Virus record (IMG/VR): IMGVR_UViG_3300036828_000700
Span: 1 to 52,534 of that record
From: a virus
Taxonomy: Duplodnaviria > Caudoviricetes
DNA length: 52,534 nt
Direction: 5' to 3' (one strand)
Part shown: one piece after another, positions 25,360 through 34,829 of the stretch
How positions within the stretch are numbered: position 1 is the first letter of the stretch
Layout: every line of letters starts with the position of its first letter
The notes under the pieces: model-generated
What the model saw: only the letters and a program-made list of their open reading frames with translations
Told to the model about the DNA's origin: nothing
The model's database searches: none
Program-made: the position numbers and the translations under genes

Positions 25360-25651
25360 GTTGGAAGTATGTTGGAAAAAACCGGTGGACGGCTGTAATC
25401 GACTATCAACTCAGGTAACCGCTCAGGCACACTGGCTATTCCGCACATAGTGCCTCTCCCCGTAGGATGAACTGTGCATTTTTGGTTATTCATGATTATT
25501 CAGTTTTACGGGGGTTTACAGGGCAGGTCAGGATAGGTTATCCTTTGGAACGGATACCCTGTCCTTTTCCTGCACCTAAAACCCCAGTAAATCCCTAGCT
25601 TTTTTGCCCGTTCCCAGTGCTCGTTGGAAGCCCGTTGGAAGCCCGTTGGAA
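25360..25651. other. putative attP (integrase arm-type direct repeats)
   Basis: GTTGGAA twice (25360, 25371) and three times (25623, 25634, 25645), each set with an 11-bp period, bracketing an AT-richer non-coding core just 3' of int. Confidence 0.62.
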
Positions 25652-26830
25652 TGACACCACTTTCGCCTGCCGCTGTTCGGTCGCTTTCGCAAGTTGCTCA
25701 CCGATTTCCAGCAACCGCTCGTCGTTCTTCAGCTTGTAGCGCTTGTGCATCGCAAAGCTCTTGTGACCCACGAGGTCCATCACGTTGGCCGATGAGATGA
25801 CCCGCTCTAGGTTCGTGGTCGCGGTGCGCCGGAAGTCATGGTAGAGACGGCTGCGCTTCTCGCCGGTACGCTCATCGACGTAGATCCCTGACTCCGTGCA
25901 GGCCTTCACCCAGTCTAGGTGGAAGTTCGTCATCGGCTTGCCCTTGGGGGTGGGAAACAGCCAAGGAATAATCTGACCCAGCTCAACTTCCAAGCTCCGG
26001 ACGTATGCCGCCTGTTCATCGAGCACCGCCCTAAGCTCAGGGGTGAGCGGAAACTTCCGGCCCTCGCGGTTCTTGGAGTGGTCCTCATCGAGGATCAGGA
26101 ACTTGTCATCGACGTCGCTCTTGCGGCGCGACAGCACCTCGCGCTTTCTCCAGCCCGTCAGGTAACCGACCCGCACCACGGCATGGAGATGCTGCGGCAA
26201 GTGGGCGATGAGCTTCTCCAACGCCTCAGGCTCAAAGAAGCCTTTGCGGATGGTCCTGCTCTCGTCCTGATAATCCATGACCGGAATGTGATCCACCAAT
26301 TCAAACTTCTTACCCAGCCAGAACGCACGGCGGATTGCTGACAGATGGCGATTGATCGTTCCAGGCGCGAAGTCTTCGGCCTTCAGATGATCGACGTAGC
26401 CAGCGACCACCTTGCTGCTGCAATCGTTGGCGAACATCCCAGTGAAGTACGGACGGAGGTGCTTGTTGAGCTTGTAATGAAGATCCTTGAGCGATCGATT
26501 GCCCTTCTCCTCCCACTTGCGGACCAGAAGGTCGAACAGGTCGTTGACCGTGGTCTGCGCTCCGACCACCAGCCCTGCTAACTGCAGCGCGGCGCGGAGC
26601 TTCTCGTTGTCAGGGAAGAGCTTGAGCAGTGCGTCGAAGTTGCGACTGTCGATCAGAAGCTTGACATCTTTGACAATGCCCTTCTCGTACTCGCGGCGTC
26701 TTTCTTCGGTGTATTTGGCCTCATAGCCCTGCTTGAAGACCTGAAGCTTCTCAGGGTTCTTGGGGTTCTTGATTCCAGGGATATCGAAGTAAATCCCCAT
26801 TTTGTCGCGGCGCGCTTCTATTCCGACCAT
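25595..26830 (-). CDS. int: tyrosine integrase
   Basis: TGWRKRE (R), SKN (K), YHDFRRT (HxxR), VGHKS (H) and KRY (Y). Confidence 0.95.
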   Translation of the reverse strand: MVGIEARRDKMGIYFDIPGIKNPKNPEKLQVFKQGYEAKYTEERRREYEKGIVKDVKLLIDSRNFDALLKLFPDNEKLRAALQLAGLVVGAQTTVNDLFDLLVRKWEEKGNRSLKDLHYKLNKHLRPYFTGMFANDCSSKVVAGYVDHLKAEDFAPGTINRHLSAIRRAFWLGKKFELVDHIPVMDYQDESRTIRKGFFEPEALEKLIAHLPQHLHAVVRVGYLTGWRKREVLSRRKSDVDDKFLILDEDHSKNREGRKFPLTPELRAVLDEQAAYVRSLEVELGQIIPWLFPTPKGKPMTNFHLDWVKACTESGIYVDERTGEKRSRLYHDFRRTATTNLERVISSANVMDLVGHKSFAMHKRYKLKNDERLLEIGEQLAKATEQRQAKVVSFQRASNGLPTSTGNGQKS

Positions 26831-26888
26831 GTGTCTCTATCTCCTATTGATAAGCATCCTGACACAATGGTCCTTGGCTAGCAAGCCC

Positions 26889-27095
26889 CTAGGGTACAGG
26901 CTGAATATCGGCCTTTTCGTACACCGTCCAGATGATTTCTAGGTGGCCGTGCACCCGCACCACCGATCCGGGCGGCATCTGCTTGAGCCGGATCCACTTG
27001 TAGACCGCGCCTTTCTTGCGATGGACGCGTCTGGCGAATTCCTCGATGGTAATCCGCTCGTGCGGGACGATGCCGTTTCCGTCAGCCTTGCTCAT
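26889..27095 (-). CDS. excisionase-like HTH protein
   Basis: ITIEEFARRVHRKKGAVYKWIR..QMP, immediately upstream of int. Confidence 0.7.
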   Translation of the reverse strand: MSKADGNGIVPHERITIEEFARRVHRKKGAVYKWIRLKQMPPGSVVRVHGHLEIIWTVYEKADIQPVP

Positions 27096-27502
27096 GGCTC
27101 CTCGTTCTCGCCGTCCGGATATTGTTGAGGCGTATCGTTCTGCTCGCCTTCTTCAACCTTAAGGGCGGAATCGTCGTACATCCGGTTGCAGTTCGCGATC
27201 CACTGATCGAGCGCGGTTCGCACCGGATAGAGCAGGGTGAGCAGTGACTTGGTGACGTCGCGGACGTGAGCGTCACCCAGCACTGACATCGGCATCCGCC
27301 GCCAGTGAAGGAACTGGTACTCATCGATCCGCAGCCCGCGCTTGCCGGGTAGCACCTGAAACACCCCTTGTTCCTCACGCCAGCCGTGCTCCTGGATCTG
27401 CCGATAGATGGCACCAGGCTTCACGTTCAGGTGCTTTGCGAGGTCTTGGACGCTGATCAGGTGAAGACTGGGTGTATGAATTTCCTTGTTAGCGTTTTGC
27501 AT
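27092..27502 (-). CDS. HTH DNA-binding protein (Xis/Cox-like N-terminus)
   Basis: LISVQDLAKHLNVKPGAIYRQI...GLRID. Confidence 0.7.
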   Translation of the reverse strand: MQNANKEIHTPSLHLISVQDLAKHLNVKPGAIYRQIQEHGWREEQGVFQVLPGKRGLRIDEYQFLHWRRMPMSVLGDAHVRDVTKSLLTLLYPVRTALDQWIANCNRMYDDSALKVEEGEQNDTPQQYPDGENEEP

Positions 27503-27793
27503 GAAACCAACTCAGCAAATCGTCTGAGCGTTGTTATTTCAGCGGCAGATGCGAAGGCTACACCTTGTAGCGAAAAAAGCTGCAACGGGTTTGATGAGTT
27601 TTTCCACAGCAGACCTCGAAATCGATACGATTAGTGACTACTTGTGTCTGATCGACACTATTCGGGAGCAATCTCTGTGGACTGGCAGCATCCTTTCGCT
27701 GTCGTTTTGAGCGGCTCTGTATTCAAATGGGTAGCCCTTTAATCGAGGCTCAAGCGAACGGCTGTACAGACTTCAGGGCAGGTAGGTCCACCA

Positions 27794-28489
27794 ATGGCTA
27801 ACTACGCTCTATTCGACGTGGAAACGGTGATCGACTGGGAGTTAGTCGAAGACGTGGAGGAGTGTGGCAAGCATGAGTTCGTTGAGCTGCTTCGCGATGA
27901 GCAAAAACGCGGCGCGCTAGAGGATGTCTTCGTGCCGTACACCTATCACGTTCCCGCTGTAATTGGCCTAGGAGTCCTCTCGCCGCAGGGCGATCTCAAA
28001 CACGTCGGGTGTGTTCGCGGGAATGACAGCGAGGGCGTGAGTCGAGAATTCTGGGACTGGATGAGTCGCTTCCAGGCACCACCCAACCGGGGCACCCTCG
28101 TCTCGTTCAACGGTCGCGGTTTCGATTTGCCGGTCTTGGAGTTGGCGGCCATGCGCTACGGCATCCGAGTTCCCCAGCACTTCAACGAGAAGTACGGCAA
28201 CCGTTATCGGTTCCAAGAGGATTGGCATCTCGACATGCTGGACTACTTCACGGCCCACGGAGCCACCAGAGGCCTGCGCGGCGGGTTGTCGATGCTCTCC
28301 CACGTCTGCGGTATGCGGACCAAGCACCTTGTGTCGCACACCAATCTGGAGGAGGTGCCAGTCGAGCGGATGCAGCGCTGGTGTCGCAACGATATCCGGC
28401 GGCTCTATGTGACCTTCCAGCGACTGCAGTTTGTTCGCGGCAGGGCTGACGAAATGCCGGAAGTGCCAGAGTTGGAGGACGAACTCTGA
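27794..28489 (+). CDS. DEDD 3'-5' exonuclease (PolB-exo-like)
   Basis: FDVET, LVSFNGRGFDLPVL, HLDMLD and WCRND motifs. Confidence 0.88.
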   Translation: MANYALFDVETVIDWELVEDVEECGKHEFVELLRDEQKRGALEDVFVPYTYHVPAVIGLGVLSPQGDLKHVGCVRGNDSEGVSREFWDWMSRFQAPPNRGTLVSFNGRGFDLPVLELAAMRYGIRVPQHFNEKYGNRYRFQEDWHLDMLDYFTAHGATRGLRGGLSMLSHVCGMRTKHLVSHTNLEEVPVERMQRWCRNDIRRLYVTFQRLQFVRGRADEMPEVPELEDEL

Positions 28490-29187
28490 TGGCAAACGAA
28501 ACCGCATACCCCCTGTTTTGGCCTCGAGGTAGAGCGCGAACTCCTGTCGGCAAGCGGATCGCTGATGCGCCGTTCTCAGTCGGCGAAAACTTCGCCACTA
28601 CTAGGCGCGAAGTCCGCGAAGGGCAAATGCACGAGGTGGCGGTTTCCCGGCGCCGCAGCAAGGCCGTCGGGCTTCCGATCGCGGTGGACCGGCTTGAGGA
28701 CCAACTGCAGCGGCTGGGCGCTCAGGCCATCGTGCTCTCGACCAACCTTGAGTTGCGGCTCAACGGGCAACCTCGAGCTGGGCAGCGCGACCCCGAAGAC
28801 CCAGGCGCGGCGGTCTGGTTCAACTTGAACAAGAAGCGCATGGTCCTAGCCTGCGACAAGTGGACCCGCGTGGCAGACAACATCGCGGCGCTCGCCGCTC
28901 ACATCCGGTCGATCCGGTCAGTCGAGAGCTACGGTGTGGGTACTATGGAACAGGCCTTCGCGGGCTATCGGACGTTGGAGGACTTCAGCGGTGGTGACAT
29001 GCCTTGGAAGCGTGTCTTGGGATTCGGTGTGGACACTCATCCGACCTTAGCGGAAGTCGAATCGAAGTATCGGACCCGCATGAAAGAGATTCACCCAGAC
29101 ATGTCGGGTCAGAGTGGATTGCAGGCCTCGCAGTTGAACGTCGCCATCACTCAGGCCCGCGCTGACTTAGGAGGAGGGCAATCATGA
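28489..29187 (+). CDS. phage protein with a C-terminal J-domain
   Basis: YPLFWP.GR.RT N-terminus; WKRVLG...YRTRMKEIHPD...LNVA. Confidence 0.8.
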   Translation: MANETAYPLFWPRGRARTPVGKRIADAPFSVGENFATTRREVREGQMHEVAVSRRRSKAVGLPIAVDRLEDQLQRLGAQAIVLSTNLELRLNGQPRAGQRDPEDPGAAVWFNLNKKRMVLACDKWTRVADNIAALAAHIRSIRSVESYGVGTMEQAFAGYRTLEDFSGGDMPWKRVLGFGVDTHPTLAEVESKYRTRMKEIHPDMSGQSGLQASQLNVAITQARADLGGGQS

Positions 29188-30290
29188 ATGACGTCGTCAA
29201 ACAGCTCGTCGATAACAACCGCGAGAACATTCTGGCGCGGTTACCGCGGTACATGACTCCGGAGCAGTTCTTCTCGTTCTGTTACAACCTCAGCCGCAAC
29301 GCAGGACTCGCCCGGGTGGCGCAGAACAATCCCGAATCGCTGCTCAATGCGATCATGAAAGCGGCTGAACTCGGGCTGGTCATCGGCGGTGCCTACGAGC
29401 ACTGCTGGGTCATCCCCTACAAGGAAGAGGCGCAGCTCCAGATTGGCTGGCAGGGAATGCGCTACCTGCTGATGCGCTCTGGGGCAATCGTCAAACTGGC
29501 TGCTGCCTGCGTGTACGAGGGCGACGAGTTCAACATCGAGCTGGGCGACAAGGAAGCGCTCATCCATCGACCGATGCTGAACGATGACCGGCGGCGCGAT
29601 CCGAAGTGGATGTTCGACAAGCGAAACATCCGAGGCGCTTACGCGGTCGCGTGGCTACCGACTGGCCTGACCGCGCATCGCTGGTGCGAGATGGGCGAAA
29701 TCGAAGCCGCACGCCTGAAGTCGAAGGTTCCAGACGGACCCGCCTGGACGCACTTCTACCCAGCCATGGCGAGCAAGACGCCCGTGCGGCGGCTTGGAAA
29801 GCTGATCGACAACTGCGGACCCACACCTGAGAACCTTGAAGCCTGGGAGCGATACGGGCGGGTGCTGGAAGTGGAACGCTCCCAGTATCACAACCTCGAT
29901 GACATACCGAAGCTTGCGGCGACTGACGATATGCCGAAAGCGAAGAAAGATCGTCGGGCGGGGGGAACCCCTGCGGGCACGGAACGCGTTGAATCCTCAC
30001 CACCACAAGATGGGGACCGGAAGACGAAGGCGCCGGAACGCTCCGCTGCTCCAATCCCCCCGCCTATCCAGACAACAGCGCGAAAGGTTCCAGACCCGAA
30101 ACCCGCTGAACCGGAAGAACCGATCTCGCTCGAGCGGCAGGATCAGATCATGGATCGGGTGAATGCGGCCGGCATCAAAGCAACCGCCATCCTTGAATTC
30201 ATCCGCAGCGAATTCGGAATCGCAGGTTTAGGCGTCACACCGTCACAGGCGACCAAGATCGATCAGTACATCCGAGAGCACGCCTCATGA
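29184..30290 (+). CDS. recT: RecT-family single-strand annealing protein
   Basis: PESLLNAIMKAAELGL, WVIPYK..AQLQIGWQG, VYEGDEF, AW..FYPAMASKT..RR. Confidence 0.9.
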   Translation: MNDVVKQLVDNNRENILARLPRYMTPEQFFSFCYNLSRNAGLARVAQNNPESLLNAIMKAAELGLVIGGAYEHCWVIPYKEEAQLQIGWQGMRYLLMRSGAIVKLAAACVYEGDEFNIELGDKEALIHRPMLNDDRRRDPKWMFDKRNIRGAYAVAWLPTGLTAHRWCEMGEIEAARLKSKVPDGPAWTHFYPAMASKTPVRRLGKLIDNCGPTPENLEAWERYGRVLEVERSQYHNLDDIPKLAATDDMPKAKKDRRAGGTPAGTERVESSPPQDGDRKTKAPERSAAPIPPPIQTTARKVPDPKPAEPEEPISLERQDQIMDRVNAAGIKATAILEFIRSEFGIAGLGVTPSQATKIDQYIREHAS

Positions 30291-30841
30291 AGTGGCCGTC
30301 TACCACCGACATCATCAAGTACTTCGGTCTGTCTGCGGACTACGAGGAATTCGCCAGCGATGCAGCCAGCCAGCGTGGTCGGCTGGTTCACGCCGCCTGT
30401 CATCTGCTCGCTAGGAACGAGGAGGATTCAGAATGGGAGGCGCGTCATCCTGAATGTCACCCCTACCTGGATGCCTACCGCAAATTCCGGCGCGAGCATT
30501 CCTTTCGTCTGCATTCCGCTGAGAAGGAATTTCGTTGCGAGGCCCATCGCTTCATCAGCCATCCCGATCAGATCGGCAAGCTCGATACTTTCGGGTCAGT
30601 CGATCTTGAACTGAAATCCGGTTCGATGCCGCAGTGGTGTGCTCTTCAGACCGCAGGGCAAATCCTAGCGATAGGCACGCCGACAATGCCGCGATTCGCG
30701 CTGCTGCTCAAAAGCGACGGCAACTACAAGCTCTACCCCCACGAGAACTTCCGCGACCTCGACCGCTTTCGCTCCATGGTCGAAACGTGGTGGACGATTA
30801 AGGAGTTCAGCAATGGCGACCGTACCGGCGCTCCCAGATGA
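30287..30841 (+). CDS. PD-(D/E)XK (RecB/Cas4-like) exonuclease, likely partner of RecT
   Basis: PSTTDII, RGRLVH, HPD, ELKSG and LQTAG motifs. Confidence 0.78.
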   Translation: MKWPSTTDIIKYFGLSADYEEFASDAASQRGRLVHAACHLLARNEEDSEWEARHPECHPYLDAYRKFRREHSFRLHSAEKEFRCEAHRFISHPDQIGKLDTFGSVDLELKSGSMPQWCALQTAGQILAIGTPTMPRFALLLKSDGNYKLYPHENFRDLDRFRSMVETWWTIKEFSNGDRTGAPR

Positions 30842-31559
30842 GAGCGAATTCACCAGAGGCTTCGCTGACATCGCGGGCACTCTGGACAGCTACGAGAAAA
30901 CCCTGCGCGGCATGGAGTCAGGAACGCTCAAGGCCAGCATCGCGCTCGAGTACGCACAGGAGGCGAAGCGGTATCTGGACGCCGTCGATAACTCAGAACT
31001 GAAGATCCACGTCGGTCGCCTTTACCAGGAGCATCGCAGAGCGTCCGGTTGGCTCAAACGACTGCGCGCACCAGGCGAGCTGCTACTCAAGTACTGCAAT
31101 GACATCCGCGGCGACTGGGAGGTTGAGCGGCGCCGTCGCAGAGACGAGGAGGTCCGCAAGCGCGAGGAGCAAGCCAACTTGTTCGCAGCGAGCCAGCGGA
31201 AAGCTGAGGTCATCCATCTGCGGAAGATCGGCAAGGAAGCTGAGGCCGATGTTCGAGCGGCCGCAGCCATCGTACCGATAACCGTCAATGTGGATCCCGA
31301 CCTAGGCAAACCTGTCGGCGAAATCATGGTCGAGGTATGGCAGCCGAAGCGCGACGAGCACGGCGACATCGTCTTCAGTGACGAGACGGCTTACCGAGTG
31401 TGGAACGCAGCAAACCCCGCGTTGCATTTTCTGATGGGTCATAACTACGGGAAGTTGAAAAAGTGGTTGACCGATAACAACGGCCTGATGCAGCCGCCAG
31501 GGCTGGAGATTGAGCACAAGTTTGAACCGCGCACGCGGAGCGAGCCTGACAATGAATAA
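30813..31559 (+). CDS. coiled-coil hypothetical protein
   Basis: AAGGAG SD; charged helical centre. Confidence 0.65.
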   Translation: MATVPALPDESEFTRGFADIAGTLDSYEKTLRGMESGTLKASIALEYAQEAKRYLDAVDNSELKIHVGRLYQEHRRASGWLKRLRAPGELLLKYCNDIRGDWEVERRRRRDEEVRKREEQANLFAASQRKAEVIHLRKIGKEAEADVRAAAAIVPITVNVDPDLGKPVGEIMVEVWQPKRDEHGDIVFSDETAYRVWNAANPALHFLMGHNYGKLKKWLTDNNGLMQPPGLEIEHKFEPRTRSEPDNE

Positions 31560-31592
31560 ATTTATCAAACGCATCCGGGCAGCAGTCGTTCG

Positions 31593-32042
31593 TTGGTGGG
31601 AACGACAGGGAACTCTGTGATGGTTTACCGAGGGTATCGTTTCGGCGGCAGATGCGTCGTCGTTTGCGACGGCAGGAAGATCAATCCGCGCTTGGATCTC
31701 TTCAACCACAGCCCGAGCGGCTTTGAGTGGGGCTATGGCGGCAGCGGTCCCGCGCAAACGGCTCTCGCCATCCTCGCGGATTATCTGAAGGACGACGATC
31801 GCGCGGTCTTGCTCCACCAGAAATTCAAGTGGGACGTGATTGCGCGGATGCCGCACAAAGACTGGCGCATCAACGAAGTTGTACTGCGCGGATGGCTCAA
31901 GCTCCATGAGGACGTAAAGGACGCCCAAGGGATGGCTGACCGGACTCGCGAGCAGGAAGCTGACGCACCAGGACGTGACGCACCAGGACGTGGTTCGCTC
32001 GCTCATTTGTGGGGCAGCAAAGGCCACTTCCATCCCAAATGA
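31593..32042 (+). CDS. DUF6166-like protein
   Basis: NHSPSGFEWGYGGSGPAQTALAILAD motif. Confidence 0.75.
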   Translation: MVGTTGNSVMVYRGYRFGGRCVVVCDGRKINPRLDLFNHSPSGFEWGYGGSGPAQTALAILADYLKDDDRAVLLHQKFKWDVIARMPHKDWRINEVVLRGWLKLHEDVKDAQGMADRTREQEADAPGRDAPGRGSLAHLWGSKGHFHPK

Positions 32043-32232
32043 GCACGAGCAACGAGCATCAGCATCCCTGCGTGCGATGCGGCGATATTTTCCAGTGCTG
32101 GTGTTCCGCACCTGGGGAAATGTGGGATCAGCGGATGTGCCATAGGTGCGCCAACCAGTACCACCGGATTCGCGATGCCGCGCACTTACCTAGGGGCACA
32201 CACTTCCGGCGGCCGAACGATTTCAGGAGGAA

Positions 32233-32487
32233 ATGATGGCTGAAATAGATGAGATTGAATGGCTGCGCGAGTCTGATGAGAAACGCCTAGGTGGGGTGCG
32301 CGATGAGATTTTGCAGGTGATCTCGGATCATGAAGAGAGGATTCACGGCGGAGGGTGTTGTCTCTCAGAACGGATCAACGCGATTGCATTCTTCGCACAC
32401 AGTCTTGGATTGAGATCAGAGGCGGACGAAACCTGGACTTATATTCGCGCGATTCTGGGGGCGGTCTACGAGTCACACCATCATTAA
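32233..32487 (+). CDS. hypothetical protein
   Basis: AGGAGG SD. Confidence 0.6.
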   Translation: MMAEIDEIEWLRESDEKRLGGVRDEILQVISDHEERIHGGGCCLSERINAIAFFAHSLGLRSEADETWTYIRAILGAVYESHHH

Positions 32488-32494
32488 AATCGAA

Positions 32495-32941
32495 GTGCTG
32501 GGCGAGGCGGCACCGTTCCGCAAGAAGGTAGCGAGCTGGCAGGCCAAGGACGGTCGCTTCGGAACCCACGCCTACGATGAGAAGAAGTATGCGGGCTGGA
32601 AAGATCACGCGAGACTGGCCGCCAGCCGGGAGATGAATGGCCGACCACCGCTCGCTTGTCCGATTGACTTTAAAGTCAAGATCTACTTCCAGATTCCGGA
32701 ATCGTGGAGCGGTCGCAAGACGCAGCAGGCGATCAGCGGCATCATCCGGCCCACGATCACACCGGACTACGACAACCTCGCGAAGGCGTGCGCTGACGCA
32801 TTGACTGGGATTGTGATCCGCGATGACAAGTACATCGTCATTGCACGAATCGAGAAGTGGTACTCCGACCGACCGCGGGTCGAGATGGAAGTGAGCGAGA
32901 TCGAACCTTTGAGCCAGACGAGTGAGCTCAGGTTTTCCTGA
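32495..32941 (+). CDS. rusA: RusA-family Holliday junction resolvase
   Basis: PDYDNLAKACADALTGIVIRDDKYIV....K.YSDRPRVE. Confidence 0.9.
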   Translation: MLGEAAPFRKKVASWQAKDGRFGTHAYDEKKYAGWKDHARLAASREMNGRPPLACPIDFKVKIYFQIPESWSGRKTQQAISGIIRPTITPDYDNLAKACADALTGIVIRDDKYIVIARIEKWYSDRPRVEMEVSEIEPLSQTSELRFS

Positions 32942-32953
32942 TAAGCAGGGTAC

Positions 32954-32981
32954 TAGACATGATTGATTATCATGTTATGCT
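32954..32981 (+). promoter_or_regulatory. promoter of the RHH gene, associated with two TGATAA(G/T)CA sites
   Basis: TAGACA, 16 bp spacer, TGt-TATGCT; sites at 32939-32947 and 32964-32972. Confidence 0.6.
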
Positions 32982-32988
32982 CGATGGC

Positions 32989-33234
32989 ATGGAGATTAAT
33001 ACGGGCAAGATAGCCCCTGAAGGCAAGGTAGTGTTCCTGCGATTAAGCCCAAAGCTTTACGCGGAACTGGAGGAACTCAGATCCCGCACCAAAGGCCGCG
33101 GCGTTGCGACAGTCATTCGGCAGATAGTGGAAGCCGCGATTTCTGAAGGCATCACGGTGCGTAACGACCTGAAGAAAGGATCGAAGAAGAATGGACGTTC
33201 CAAAGGCCGAGTGGAAGCTGGGGCCGTGGCATGA
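32989..33234 (+). CDS. ribbon-helix-helix (Arc/CopG-like) regulator
   Basis: VVFLRLSPKLYAELEELRSRTKGRGVATVIRQIVEAAI. The ATG at 32989 lies 7 nt after the -10 box; the track ORF starts at 32959. Confidence 0.72.
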   Translation: MEINTGKIAPEGKVVFLRLSPKLYAELEELRSRTKGRGVATVIRQIVEAAISEGITVRNDLKKGSKKNGRSKGRVEAGAVA

Positions 33235-33931
33235 CGAACCGGACCGGCTGGAGTGGCGATCGCCTAGCGGACTGCCGACTCTGATTGTCCGGAGTTCTGT
33301 CACTGGTTCCCTCTGCGGTTACGCTGGCGTTCCGCCTGGGCATCCGCTCTACGAAGTCCCTGCTAGCGACTGCGGCTTTCACTTCAAGGCGGCGGATTGT
33401 CGGCGCGTCTCGTGGCACAGGTATCACCGCAGCATGAGAATCGGACAGCGCTACCTGTGGCGGCGCTATGGTGGTCCGGAGGAGCCAAGAGGCTACAACC
33501 TCTTCACCCGCATGGACCCTGACCCTCACCATGCCCACACTGAGTGCGACGGCCATTCGCCTGAGGACGTTCTCAGTTGCCATGGCGGAATCACTTTCTC
33601 AGGTGGATGTGGTGGTCCGATCTGCCATACGCCAGCTTCCGGCGAGCCAGAACACATCTGGTGGTTCGGGTTCGATTGCGGCCACACTGGAGATGTCACT
33701 CCTGGGATGGACGCGCTACTCGACAAGATTGGCTCGCTCTGGAGCGATGGTGATCATCATCGGGGCGATGAGTACCGCGACCTTGCCTACGTGCAGGCTG
33801 AGGCCAACCAGCTCGCGGAGCAGCTCGCCAAGTTCAAGGGCCGCATCTACTGTCAGCGGTGCCATCGACGTCGGCGGCTAAAGCAGCTTTACTGTCGGTG
33901 CGGTTCCACGGGCGCGTGGCGTTGCGCTTAA
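33191..33931 (+). CDS. conserved phage protein (CGY.G.P.GHP...HGGITF...WFGFDC.H.GD)
   Basis: Motifs visible in the translation. Confidence 0.75.
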   Translation: MDVPKAEWKLGPWHDEPDRLEWRSPSGLPTLIVRSSVTGSLCGYAGVPPGHPLYEVPASDCGFHFKAADCRRVSWHRYHRSMRIGQRYLWRRYGGPEEPRGYNLFTRMDPDPHHAHTECDGHSPEDVLSCHGGITFSGGCGGPICHTPASGEPEHIWWFGFDCGHTGDVTPGMDALLDKIGSLWSDGDHHRGDEYRDLAYVQAEANQLAEQLAKFKGRIYCQRCHRRRRLKQLYCRCGSTGAWRCA

Positions 33932-33967
33932 CAGAATGGTGGTGAATCCAGCGCAGGAGGAAGTTCC

Positions 33968-34126
33968 ATGCAGTGGACACACCTGTTTCTGGGTTTGGTC
34001 GCGGTCAGTTGGCTGATCAGCGTCGAGTATCGCCTCTGGGCCAATCTTAAGATCCTGAGCGAGTTTCAGAGTCGGGTCACCAAGGCGAAAGAGACACCGT
34101 CACATCTGCGTGCGGTGGAAAAATAG
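33968..34126 (+). CDS. small single-TM protein
   Basis: AGGAGG SD; MQWTHLFLGLVAVSWLISVEYRLW...*. Confidence 0.6.
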   Translation: MQWTHLFLGLVAVSWLISVEYRLWANLKILSEFQSRVTKAKETPSHLRAVEK

Positions 34127-34129
34127 CGC

Positions 34130-34345
34130 TCAGTTCAGTTCTTCTCGCATTGGTGGTCGCGTGCTACGCCACTGTCGGCGCAGTCTTCCCTTTAGGTCTG
34201 GCAACGCCGTCCGCACATAACAGGATTGGCAAAAGATGACTCCTTCCATCAGTTGCCGGTACTTCCATGGCGTCGCCCAGGTGTATGCAATCGGCCGCTT
34301 ACACCCCCAGCAGGTTATCTCAGACCATGTGCGCTGGCCCGCCAT
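34130..34345 (-). CDS. small CxxC-CxxC protein
   Basis: Last ORF of the late unit. Confidence 0.55.
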   Translation of the reverse strand: MAGQRTWSEITCWGCKRPIAYTWATPWKYRQLMEGVIFCQSCYVRTALPDLKGRLRRQWRSTRPPMREELN

Positions 34346-34348
34346 GTT

Positions 34349-34723
34349 TCATTTCTTCTTCGCCGCGATGCCGTACTCCTCCAGCCGCGCCTGCGGCGTC
34401 AGGCACTCGATCCGCTCCTGATTGTCCTTTGCCGCGTTGACACAGGTCTGGTACTGCGCCCTCAAATCATCCGCGATGTATCCGCGCATCGCGTTCCAGC
34501 GTTGGTCATCCTCCACGTGCATCTGGCTCAACTGGTGTAGCTCGCTCAGGTTGTATTGCTCCAGCGTCCGCAGATCGCGGGTGACGGCGTGGGCGATAAA
34601 CCATCCTGCCATGATGGCGATGAACGAAGGCACGCCGACTATCCCAGCAGCCAAAACTGGAACGGCGGACCACCACGGCGCCTTCTCGTGGACCTCCTTG
34701 GCGAGTTCCAGGTCATCGCTCAT
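34349..34723 (-). CDS. membrane protein (holin/spanin-like candidate)
   Basis: N-terminal TM helix plus a soluble C-terminus with a Cys pair. Confidence 0.6.
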   Translation of the reverse strand: MSDDLELAKEVHEKAPWWSAVPVLAAGIVGVPSFIAIMAGWFIAHAVTRDLRTLEQYNLSELHQLSQMHVEDDQRWNAMRGYIADDLRAQYQTCVNAAKDNQERIECLTPQARLEEYGIAAKKK

Positions 34724-34829
34724 TGCAAACCCCCCTTTGTCCGCGATTTAATTGACTAGGGGATGACGGGAATCCTGGGTCGAAGACGGTAGCGCGTTAA
34801 ATAATTAACACCACATCCGGCATCCCCAC

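Noticed and set aside
23596-25516. TACGGGGGTT direct repeat flanking the helicase gene
   Set aside because: A single 10-bp pair is expected by chance.
25380-25594. tRNA fragment or dif-like sequence as the att core
   Set aside because: No T-arm/CCA or XerCD consensus is recognisable, and no tRNA genes were seen anywhere in the window.
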